From the sequence record SRR22947727_2831: a DNA stretch of 20,000 bases; one strand, given 5' to 3'. Shown one piece after another: positions 8,791 to 16,120 of the stretch (within the stretch, counting starts at the first letter, position 1; each line of letters starts with the position of its first letter). The notes under the pieces are model-generated. The model worked only from the letters and a program-made list of their open reading frames with translations. It had not been told where the DNA came from and searched no databases. The translations under genes and the position numbers were made by a program.

Positions 8791-9698
8791 ATCTCTGCGA
8801 CCTCTCTCTCAAGGTCCGCTTTCTCGTCTGGGCTGAGTCGAACAAAGTGCAATTTGTTCTGGTGCCAGCGAGGCTCGAGGAAGCTAAATCCTCGCCACGG
8901 TTCAGAATGGCTCACCAACAATGCTGGACCTTCGGATACCTGCAGGTCTCGAAGTGCGCCCCACAAGCCAGGAACATCGTGAGCAGAGTGTTCATAAACA
9001 TCCACACCAAACGCTTTCAGCTTTGCCCCGGCATCCCCGATGGGTAACACCCCTCGCATCTGGCCATCAACCTGCATGTTGTTGCGATCAAGAACAATCC
9101 GCAGGTTATCGAGACCCTTGGCGACTGCGAGTTGGAGAGCCTCCCAGGTGGAACCCTCCTGAAGCTCTCCATCAGAAATCAGAACCCAAATGGCTCCTGG
9201 TTTGCCGAGCTGCTTGCGGGCAATCGCGCGACCGACCGCAACACCCAGAGCGATACCCAAAGACCCACTGGTTACCGCCATCCCCGGTGAATGTTCAGCG
9301 CCAATCATCTCGAGGAGACCACCGTCAGTGGAATCTTCGGACAAGGAACGCGGTGCAAGCCGACCCGTAGCAACCAGGGTGGCGTAGTGGGCGGTGGCGT
9401 AGTGGGCAGGAGAGATGATGAGAGTGTCGGGTCCACTTCCCAGCCAGTCTTCTCCTCTGACGCCAGGGTTGCCAGGTGTTGGGGTTGCGATAAACCGAGG
9501 AGGGTCTGCGGGCGCGGTAGAAACCCCTAGATCAAGCACTTGAGTATGAAGGAGTGACAACAGTTCCGCGGTTCCGCATGCTTGCGCCAAGTAACCACCG
9601 TTCGCCCGAATAGCCCACTCGGCCGCGTACCCTCGAATCGCCTGTGCGACCTTTTGCACCCGAGTGAGTTCATCGACGGAAAGCTCCCTCGAAACCAT
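8778..9698 (-). CDS. Transketolase, N-terminal (ThDP-binding) subunit of a split transketolase
   Basis: SGSLGIALGVAVG and the SDGELQEGSTWEA...DRNNMQVDG ThDP/Mg motif, plus SPAH. I prefer ATG 9698, 7 nt after the dhaL stop, over 9782, which lies inside dhaL. Confidence 0.88.
   Translation of the reverse strand: MVSRELSVDELTRVQKVAQAIRGYAAEWAIRANGGYLAQACGTAELLSLLHTQVLDLGVSTAPADPPRFIATPTPGNPGVRGEDWLGSGPDTLIISPAHYATAHYATLVATGRLAPRSLSEDSTDGGLLEMIGAEHSPGMAVTSGSLGIALGVAVGRAIARKQLGKPGAIWVLISDGELQEGSTWEALQLAVAKGLDNLRIVLDRNNMQVDGQMRGVLPIGDAGAKLKAFGVDVYEHSAHDVPGLWGALRDLQVSEGPALLVSHSEPWRGFSFLEPRWHQNKLHFVRLSPDEKADLEREVAEIWAS
9378..9407. repeat. Perfect 2 x 15-bp tandem repeat (GGTGGCGTAGTGGGC) encoding AHYAT-AHYAT in the transketolase N subunit
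   Basis: Read directly: 9378-9392 is identical to 9393-9407. Confidence 0.9.
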
Positions 9699-9705
9699 CG
9701 TTGGG

Positions 9706-10296
9706 CTAACTACTGACCGCTTCGAAGGAGCGCCATATGACGGTGGCGCCGGCATCAGCGATTCCCTTTGCGCGTTCTCCAATCCACCCTGCTCGGCCGT
9801 GTTGCGGGGTCATAGCCTTGGTGGCTTCCACTCCTTCGCCGGCCGCCACCGCCGCGCCCGCCAGCGCACTGGTGACATCTGTGGCTAACGATGCGGCCCG
9901 GGAGCCTGGTCCCAGTGCGTCGAGGAGCGTGCGTTGACCTTCTTCAGACTTTCCTCGCTGTGCGATTTTTTCTAAAGCAGCCTGCAGCCCCGTTTGAAGT
10001 TGGGTGAGGGCGTCGTCCTCGTCATTAAGCGCAAGGCCAGCGGCGAGGAAACCACTCGCGTAGAGAGTGCCAAATGTTGAAGGGGCGGCCTTGGATATCT
10101 CTTTTCCCAGGGCAAGGACAAGCTGCTTGACGGAATCCCCCGGCTCAGCAAGTGCTGTTCGAATTCCCACAGCAATCTTGCCTGCCGTCAAACCTAGGTC
10201 CCCATCACCCGCCTCGCTATCGAGTCGGGTGAACTCCTCAGAGTTAGCTTCCAGCCCCAGCGCAAGTTTTTCGAGGGCTTCGATGAACTCTTTCAT
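9706..10296 (-). CDS. dhaL: Dihydroxyacetone kinase-family nucleotide-binding subunit (DAK2)
   Basis: LDSEAGDGDLG, STFGTLY, RGKSEEGQRTLLDAL and HGRAGWIGERAKGIADAGA. TAATG overlap with dhaK. Confidence 0.9.
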   Translation of the reverse strand: MKEFIEALEKLALGLEANSEEFTRLDSEAGDGDLGLTAGKIAVGIRTALAEPGDSVKQLVLALGKEISKAAPSTFGTLYASGFLAAGLALNDEDDALTQLQTGLQAALEKIAQRGKSEEGQRTLLDALGPGSRAASLATDVTSALAGAAVAAGEGVEATKAMTPQHGRAGWIGERAKGIADAGATVIWRSFEAVSS

Positions 10297-11297
10297 TACG
10301 CCTGCGTGAAGAATGGAGTGTGAACAGGGTGATCGATGTACTTCTTCAGGTCGTCGTCGAGGCGCATCATGGATATCGACGCTCCCGCCATTTCCAGCGA
10401 TGTCGCAAACTCACCCACGTAGGTGCGATAGACCGACACCTTCTTAGCGGAGAGAATCTCGGAGACTTTCCGGAACATGATGTAGAGCTCTTCCTGAGGA
10501 GTGGAGCCCAGACCGTTCATCAACACGGCAACCTCGTCACCCGCGGTCAGATCAAGGTCTGCCTCAATCTTCGCCACGAGCTCAGCAGTGATGTCATCCG
10601 CATTAGCCAAGGCGGTGCGGCTGATACCGGGCTCTCCATGGATTCCCATACCAATCTCCATTTCCCCAACGGGAAGCTCGAAGGTGGGCTTGCCGTTGGC
10701 AGGCAGGGTCACGGGGCTGAGAGCAACACCCATGGTTCGGGTGTGCTCGGCTGCTTTCTTCGTCGCAGCGACGACAGCATCGAGATCAAGACCGGCGTCT
10801 GCGGCGGCACCGGCAACTTTGTACAGGAAGAAGATTCCGGCAATTCCGCGACGACGAGCTTCATCGCCCTTCGGCGCTGACGCAACATCATCAGCACCCA
10901 AAACCGTCTCCACTCGAATTCCCTCGGCTGCCGCCAGGTCAGTGGCGAGATCAAAGTTGAGAACATCTCCGCCATAGTTGCCGTAGAGGTAGAGGACACC
11001 GGCCCCACTGTCGACGCGCTTGGTAACTTCCAGCATTTGGTCCGCCGAGGGGCTCTGGAAGACATCGCCCACGGCAACACCGTCGAGCATGCCTTTACCG
11101 ACGTACCCCAGGAACAGGGGGAGGTGACCAGATCCTCCACCAGTCGTGATCGCTACTTTGCCCTTCACGGGGGCATCAGCGCGAACTAGCGCATGATTGT
11201 CTCCACCCACAGCTTCGAGCTGTTTCGGGTAGGCGAGCAGGATTCCTTCCAGCATCTCCTGGACGAATTCCACCGGACTGTTCAAAATCTTTTGCAT
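10296..11297 (-). CDS. dhaK: Dihydroxyacetone kinase-family substrate-binding subunit (DAK1)
   Basis: GGGSGHLP, GYVGKGMLD, FQSPS, NYGGDVLNF, GMGIHGEPG (covalent His) and TSLEMAG. AAAGGGG RBS. Confidence 0.93.
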   Translation of the reverse strand: MQKILNSPVEFVQEMLEGILLAYPKQLEAVGGDNHALVRADAPVKGKVAITTGGGSGHLPLFLGYVGKGMLDGVAVGDVFQSPSADQMLEVTKRVDSGAGVLYLYGNYGGDVLNFDLATDLAAAEGIRVETVLGADDVASAPKGDEARRRGIAGIFFLYKVAGAAADAGLDLDAVVAATKKAAEHTRTMGVALSPVTLPANGKPTFELPVGEMEIGMGIHGEPGISRTALANADDITAELVAKIEADLDLTAGDEVAVLMNGLGSTPQEELYIMFRKVSEILSAKKVSVYRTYVGEFATSLEMAGASISMMRLDDDLKKYIDHPVHTPFFTQA

Positions 11298-11323
11298 GGG
11301 GACCCCTTTGTCAATTCACAAAT

Positions 11324-11341
11324 CGTCACACAATTGTGACG
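11324..11341. promoter_or_regulatory. Inverted repeat CGTCACA-N4-TGTGACG in the AT-rich divergent dhaK/ABC promoter region; operator candidate
   Basis: Perfect 7-bp arms at 11324-11330 and 11335-11341. Confidence 0.55.
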
Positions 11342-11404
11342 GGTTTTTCACATTTTGGAACATTCAGTGCTGTTTCGAGTGTAATGTTTTTGGCACCTAA
11401 CCAA

Positions 11405-11429
11405 CAACCCGGTCACCCTGACTGGGTTG
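11405..11429 (+). other. Leader hairpin upstream of the substrate-binding protein gene
   Basis: CAACCCGGTCA-CCC-TGACTGGGTTG: an 11-bp stem with one G-U pair, 12 nt before the RBS. Confidence 0.45.
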
Positions 11430-11453
11430 GCACCAATAAAAGGGAGGCATAGG

Positions 11454-12467
11454 TTGAAGAAGACCAAGATTGGAGTTGCAATTGCAGCTGCTGCGGCACT
11501 CACTCTGTCCGGCTGCGCCGGCGGAGCAGGTGGCGGAACTACCGCATCGGAAGACCTTCGTTTCGTAAACGTTGTGAAGCTCATCGGTGTGGGTTGGTTC
11601 GACCGCATGGACGAGGGCATCGTTGCCTTCGCCGCTGACAGCGGTATCGACGCCAGCCAGACTGGTGCAGATGACGCTAGCCCAGAGAAGCAGGTCCGTC
11701 TCGTTGAGGACTTGATCGCTCAGGGTGTGAACGCCATCACCGTTGTTCCTAACTCGCCTGAGTCACTGGAAGGTGTCTTCCAGAAGGCTCGCGATGCTGG
11801 CATCGTCGTGGTTACCCACGAAGCTGCTTCGCAGAAGAACACCGATGCTGACATCGAAGCATTCGACAACACCGCGTACGGCGAGACCATCATGGACAAT
11901 CTCGCAGAGTGCATGGGTAACGAGGGACAGTACGCTGCCTTCGTTGGCCAGGTGACTGCTGAAAGCCACATGCAGTGGGTTGCTGGTGCCCTGGCTCAGG
12001 CCGAGGCTAACTACCCCGACGTCGTGCGTGTTGAGGACCCACTGGAGTCCAAGGAAGACGCTGACATCGCCTACGAGCAGACCAAAGAGCTCCTGAAGAA
12101 GTACCCCGACCTCAAAGGTATCCAGGGTTCTTCCGCAGTTGACGTGGTCGGTATCGGACGCGCTGTTGAAGAGCTCGGCCTGAACGACTCCGTGTGTGTC
12201 ATGGGAACCTCCATTCCTTCACTGGCTGGAAAGTTCCTTGACACCGGCGCCATCGACAAGATCTTCTTCTGGGACCCTGCACTCGCAGGTCAGGCCATGA
12301 TGAAGATCGCCCAGATGCTCGTCAATGGTGAAGAACTCGCCTCTGGTATGGACCTCGGCCTCGAAGGCTACGAGAGTGTCCAGCAGAGCCCCGACGTTCC
12401 TACCACCTGGTACGGAAGCGCATGGGTCATCGTTGACAAGGACAACGCAGCGGACTACCCGTTCTAA
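11454..12467 (+). CDS. Sugar ABC transporter substrate-binding lipoprotein (LsrB/RhaS-like PBP1 family)
   Basis: TTG start at 11454 after a GGGAGG RBS. Signal peptide with lipobox LSG-C. VVKLIGVGWFDRM, LIAQGVNAI and FWDP motifs. Confidence 0.9.
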   Translation: MKKTKIGVAIAAAAALTLSGCAGGAGGGTTASEDLRFVNVVKLIGVGWFDRMDEGIVAFAADSGIDASQTGADDASPEKQVRLVEDLIAQGVNAITVVPNSPESLEGVFQKARDAGIVVVTHEAASQKNTDADIEAFDNTAYGETIMDNLAECMGNEGQYAAFVGQVTAESHMQWVAGALAQAEANYPDVVRVEDPLESKEDADIAYEQTKELLKKYPDLKGIQGSSAVDVVGIGRAVEELGLNDSVCVMGTSIPSLAGKFLDTGAIDKIFFWDPALAGQAMMKIAQMLVNGEELASGMDLGLEGYESVQQSPDVPTTWYGSAWVIVDKDNAADYPF

Positions 12468-12512
12468 AGACGGATTAGTCTTGGCGTAAGTCAAGACACG
12501 CTGTAAACCACG

Positions 12513-12540
12513 GGTGGGGCGTCAGAAATGACGCCCCACC
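12513..12540 (+). terminator. Strong intercistronic hairpin after the binding-protein gene (mRNA stabiliser or partial terminator)
   Basis: GGTGGGGCGTCA-GAAA-TGACGCCCCACC: a perfect 12-bp stem with a GNRA tetraloop and no U-tract. Confidence 0.75.
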
Positions 12541-12576
12541 TCGTCAACGAAGACAGTACATAAGGGGACAACAACG

Positions 12577-14055
12577 GTGTTTGGAACAGACGGAATTTCT
12601 AAAGCTTTCGGTGGAGCCAAAGCCCTCAGCAACGTCAGTTTTCAGGTCTCTCCTGGCGACATTCACTGTCTTGCCGGAGAAAACGGTTCGGGGAAGTCCA
12701 CCCTCATCAAAATTATGAGTGGCGTCGAAACTCCCGATTCAGGGACCATCATTCTGGGCGACGAACGTCTCACCGCTCTCTCCCCCAGGGAGGCTGTATC
12801 CAAGGGTGTCCAGGTCATCTTTCAAGACTTCTCCCTCATCCCCAATCTTTCCGTTGCGGAGAACATTGCTCTCTCCACGGATCTCCTCGAGAAGCGAAAG
12901 CTCGTAAACCCCAAGCGCAACCGAGAGGTTGCTGCTAAGGCTCTGGAACTCATCGGGGTCGACATCGATTTGGACGCGACCGTCCAATCGATACCGGTGT
13001 CCTCCAAGCAGCTCGTGGCAATCGCTCGCGCGCTGAACCAAGGCGTCAAGTTGCTATTTATGGACGAGGCAACGACGGCGCTGACGCGCAAAGAGATTGA
13101 TCAGCTCTTCAGTGTTGTCCGCAGCTTGAAGGAGAAAGGCGTTGCGACAGTTTTCGTGAGCCACAAGCTGGACGAGGTCCAAGAGATCGCGGAGAGCATC
13201 ACCATTTTGCGCAACGGCGTCGTCACCGCGGAGGGACCAATTGCCGACTTTGATCGCAAAGCTATTTCGCTAGCGATGACGGGACTCGACGTCACCGAGG
13301 TGCGCCTCGCCCCCGAAGTCCCCTCTGGTGCAGAAACAGTCCTCGAGGTTTCCGACATCAGCTCCACCGGTCGGTTCAAAAATATTTCTTTCTCGGTCAA
13401 GGCCGGCGAAATCGTTGGTATCACCGGTCTCCTCGGGTCTGGTCGAAGCGAAATCGCCGAAGCTCTTTTTGGGATGACGCCCATCGAATCCGGCCAGGTC
13501 AGCGTGATGGGGACACCAGTCACCCTCCGGGGGCCTCGGAGCGCGGTGGCTGCTGGCATTGGATACGTCCCTCAAGACCGCCTGACTCAGGGCCTCTTTC
13601 TCAACCAGTCCATTCGACGCAACGTCATGGCATCTGCCATCGAGAGATTCCTTGGCGTCGGCGGACTAATCAAGGGTAAAGAAATCCAAGACACCGTCAA
13701 CGACTGGGTCGCGGATTTGAAAATCAAGACAGACAACCCGGACAATCCCGCAACATCCCTCTCGGGGGGAAACCAGCAGCGTGTGGTCCTCGCCAAGTGG
13801 TTGGCAATGTCACCCTCCGTTCTCATTCTGAACGGGCCAACGGTGGGTGTTGATATTGGCTCGAAGCGAGAGATTTTGGAAATTATCCGCGACAAGGCTC
13901 TCGAAGGAATGGCTGTGGTGATCGTTTCGGATGATATTCCCGAGATTGTTCAAATTGCTCACCGGGTTCTGGTCGTGCATCAGGGTCAGCTCGGGGCCGA
14001 ACTCAGCGATAAGGCGATCACAGAATCTCGACTGTATGAGGAGCTCGCAGCATGA
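12577..14055 (+). CDS. Sugar ABC transporter ATP-binding protein (CUT2 type, two fused NBDs)
   Basis: Walker A GENGSGKST, FMDEAT, VSHKL and LSGGNQQRV. GTG start after AAGGGG. Confidence 0.95.
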   Translation: MFGTDGISKAFGGAKALSNVSFQVSPGDIHCLAGENGSGKSTLIKIMSGVETPDSGTIILGDERLTALSPREAVSKGVQVIFQDFSLIPNLSVAENIALSTDLLEKRKLVNPKRNREVAAKALELIGVDIDLDATVQSIPVSSKQLVAIARALNQGVKLLFMDEATTALTRKEIDQLFSVVRSLKEKGVATVFVSHKLDEVQEIAESITILRNGVVTAEGPIADFDRKAISLAMTGLDVTEVRLAPEVPSGAETVLEVSDISSTGRFKNISFSVKAGEIVGITGLLGSGRSEIAEALFGMTPIESGQVSVMGTPVTLRGPRSAVAAGIGYVPQDRLTQGLFLNQSIRRNVMASAIERFLGVGGLIKGKEIQDTVNDWVADLKIKTDNPDNPATSLSGGNQQRVVLAKWLAMSPSVLILNGPTVGVDIGSKREILEIIRDKALEGMAVVIVSDDIPEIVQIAHRVLVVHQGQLGAELSDKAITESRLYEELAA

Positions 14056-15098
14056 GTTACATCACGCCCATTTCGAAGCGAAAAGGACTCCACCTTTTTG
14101 GGTCCCCTAATGAGATTTTCCTCATCATCGCGATTGCGGTGCTGTCTCTGGTCATCGGGTTTAGCAACTCAGTGTTTTTCTCGATCGCGACTCCTTTTGA
14201 CCTGTTACGTAGCTCCCTGATCGAGATTCTGTTCGCTCTCGGGCTCCTGATCGTGCTGGTCAGTGGTGGAATCGATATCTCATTCCCGATTGTGGGCATT
14301 TTTGCGGGGTATACGACCGTGGTCATCATGCTCAACTTGGGCCTCGATACCTACAGTTTGTGGATACCCCTCGTCCTCGCAGCTATCGTCGGCGCGATAT
14401 TGGGAAGTGTCAACGCCTTACTGATTGCTGGATTTGGTTTGCCCACCCTGATTGCGACGCTGGGAACTACCGGGATGTTCCGTGGTTTCTTGCTCAGCTA
14501 CATCGGTTCGGTCTATATCGCCAACATCCCTCTTGGTCTTGATCAGTTCTCGACCGCGGACCTGATTTCTGTGCAAACCAGCTCGGGAACCCTCGCCCGC
14601 CTCCACGTTCTGGTGATCCCGGTGTTGATCCTGGCTGTTGCTATCGCGTTCATGATGCGCCGGACCATGTTTGGGCGCACCGTCTTCGCGATCGGTGGAA
14701 ATGAAGAATCTGCGCGCCGGATGGGGATGAACGTTCGCTGGACAAAAGCCCGCATCTACATCCTGGTGGGGGCCATTTCAGGAGTTGCGGGAATTCTCTA
14801 CATCTCCCTCCAGCGGAAGGCTGACCCCTACGATCTGGCCGGAACAGAGCTCGAGATCATCGCGGCTGTCGTTCTCGGTGGCGCGAGCATTATGGGTGGG
14901 TATGGCACGGTGACCGGCACCATCCTCGGTGTTCTGCTGATCAACCTCATCAAGGACAACCTGATTCTGCTCGGCATTCCCGGGTCCTGGCAACGCGCCG
15001 CCATCGGCCTGATGCTGCTTATCGGTGTTATGTCCCAGGCCATTTCCGACAAGCGCCGAGCGAAACAGGCGACCGTGATAGAAGAGGACGCATCGTGA
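14052..15098 (+). CDS. Sugar ABC transporter permease (RbsC-like)
   Basis: GGIDIS, IATLG, AIGGNEESARRMG and ELEIIAAVVLGG, with multiple hydrophobic segments. ATGA overlap. Confidence 0.95.
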   Translation: MSYITPISKRKGLHLFGSPNEIFLIIAIAVLSLVIGFSNSVFFSIATPFDLLRSSLIEILFALGLLIVLVSGGIDISFPIVGIFAGYTTVVIMLNLGLDTYSLWIPLVLAAIVGAILGSVNALLIAGFGLPTLIATLGTTGMFRGFLLSYIGSVYIANIPLGLDQFSTADLISVQTSSGTLARLHVLVIPVLILAVAIAFMMRRTMFGRTVFAIGGNEESARRMGMNVRWTKARIYILVGAISGVAGILYISLQRKADPYDLAGTELEIIAAVVLGGASIMGGYGTVTGTILGVLLINLIKDNLILLGIPGSWQRAAIGLMLLIGVMSQAISDKRRAKQATVIEEDAS

Positions 15099-16120
15099 AA
15101 GACATTTCAAGGGACCTCACCCGGCGCTTGCTCGGTGACCGCAAGCTGACGCAGCTTGTTGTCGTGGCGCTGGTTGTCTTTTTGACCTTCAGCATTTTGG
15201 TGCCAGATCTCTTCCTCACCCCTCGGAACTTTGTCTCCATGGCGTTCCAAATTCCCGAGATTGCTCTTCTGGCACTGGGAGTGATGTTGGCCATGCTGAC
15301 AGCAGGAATTGACCTGTCTGTGGTGTCGATGTCCAACCTCGCCGCGTTGTCCACTGCGTACCTGCTGGTGACGCAGGTGACTGAGGGCGGCGGGAATGTC
15401 TACCTGTGGATTGTCATCGCCATCGTCATTGGCATCGTGGTAGGACTTATCAGTGGTCTCGCCAATGGAGCGATTATTGCGGGAGTCGGTGTGACCCCCA
15501 TTCTGGCGACGCTCGCTACCCTCACGCTTTATAACGGTATTGCGGTGGGAATCCGTAATGGCCAGTCCATCATCGGTCTGCCGCCTGAGTTCACCGCTAT
15601 CGGTAACGGATCCTTCCTGGGTATTCCGATTCCGATGATCATTTTGTTGGTCGCCGGTGCCGGTGTGGCTCTCTACATCAACAAGACCGGACTGGGTATG
15701 CAGTCCGTCTTGGTCGGAGCGAACCAGGAAGCTGCGACCTACAGCGCTATCGGGGTGAAGAAGGTTCTCTTGATGACCTACACACTCTCCGGTGGGCTCT
15801 CCGCACTCGCCGGTCTGATCATTGCGTCGCGCTCGGCTAGTGCGAACCCGGACTACGGAAGCTCCTACGTCCTGCTCGCCATCGTGATTGTGGTGCTCGG
15901 TGGAGTGAACCCGTATGGAGGATTTGGCACCGTCACCGGTGTCATCCTGGCGACCGCTGTTCTGCAGATGGTGGCTTCCGGGTTCAACGCTTTGCGCTTC
16001 AGCCAGTTCTTCTACCAACTCGCTCAAGGATTCGTCCTGATTGCGGTGATGATTCTCAACACCTACGTGGATAAACGAAGAATGAAGGCCAAGAAAGACA
16101 AGGCACCTAAAGAATCGTGA
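15095..16120 (+). CDS. Sugar ABC transporter permease (RbsC-like), second subunit
   Basis: AGIDLSV, ILATL, GANQEAA and VVLGG...GGFG. GTGA overlap. Confidence 0.95.
   Translation: MKDISRDLTRRLLGDRKLTQLVVVALVVFLTFSILVPDLFLTPRNFVSMAFQIPEIALLALGVMLAMLTAGIDLSVVSMSNLAALSTAYLLVTQVTEGGGNVYLWIVIAIVIGIVVGLISGLANGAIIAGVGVTPILATLATLTLYNGIAVGIRNGQSIIGLPPEFTAIGNGSFLGIPIPMIILLVAGAGVALYINKTGLGMQSVLVGANQEAATYSAIGVKKVLLMTYTLSGGLSALAGLIIASRSASANPDYGSSYVLLAIVIVVLGGVNPYGGFGTVTGVILATAVLQMVASGFNALRFSQFFYQLAQGFVLIAVMILNTYVDKRRMKAKKDKAPKES

Noticed and set aside
9699-9782. N-terminal extension of the transketolase N subunit overlapping dhaL
   Set aside because: It would need a 77-nt overlap and has no motif. ATG 9698 gives normal operon spacing.
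10290-10302. Programmed frameshift or broken dhaK-dhaL fusion
   Set aside because: A TAATG overlap is ordinary translational coupling. I see no slippery site or linker remnant, and both subunits are of typical standalone length.
13820-13860. Degenerate Walker B (LILNGPT) in the second NBD as a sign of pseudogenisation
   Set aside because: One degenerate ATP site is normal in CUT2 ATPases, and the ORF is intact.
15107-16027. 306-aa minus-strand ORF
   Set aside because: It is antisense to a permease. Its H/D/Q/R-rich composition is the expected mirror of hydrophobic codons.
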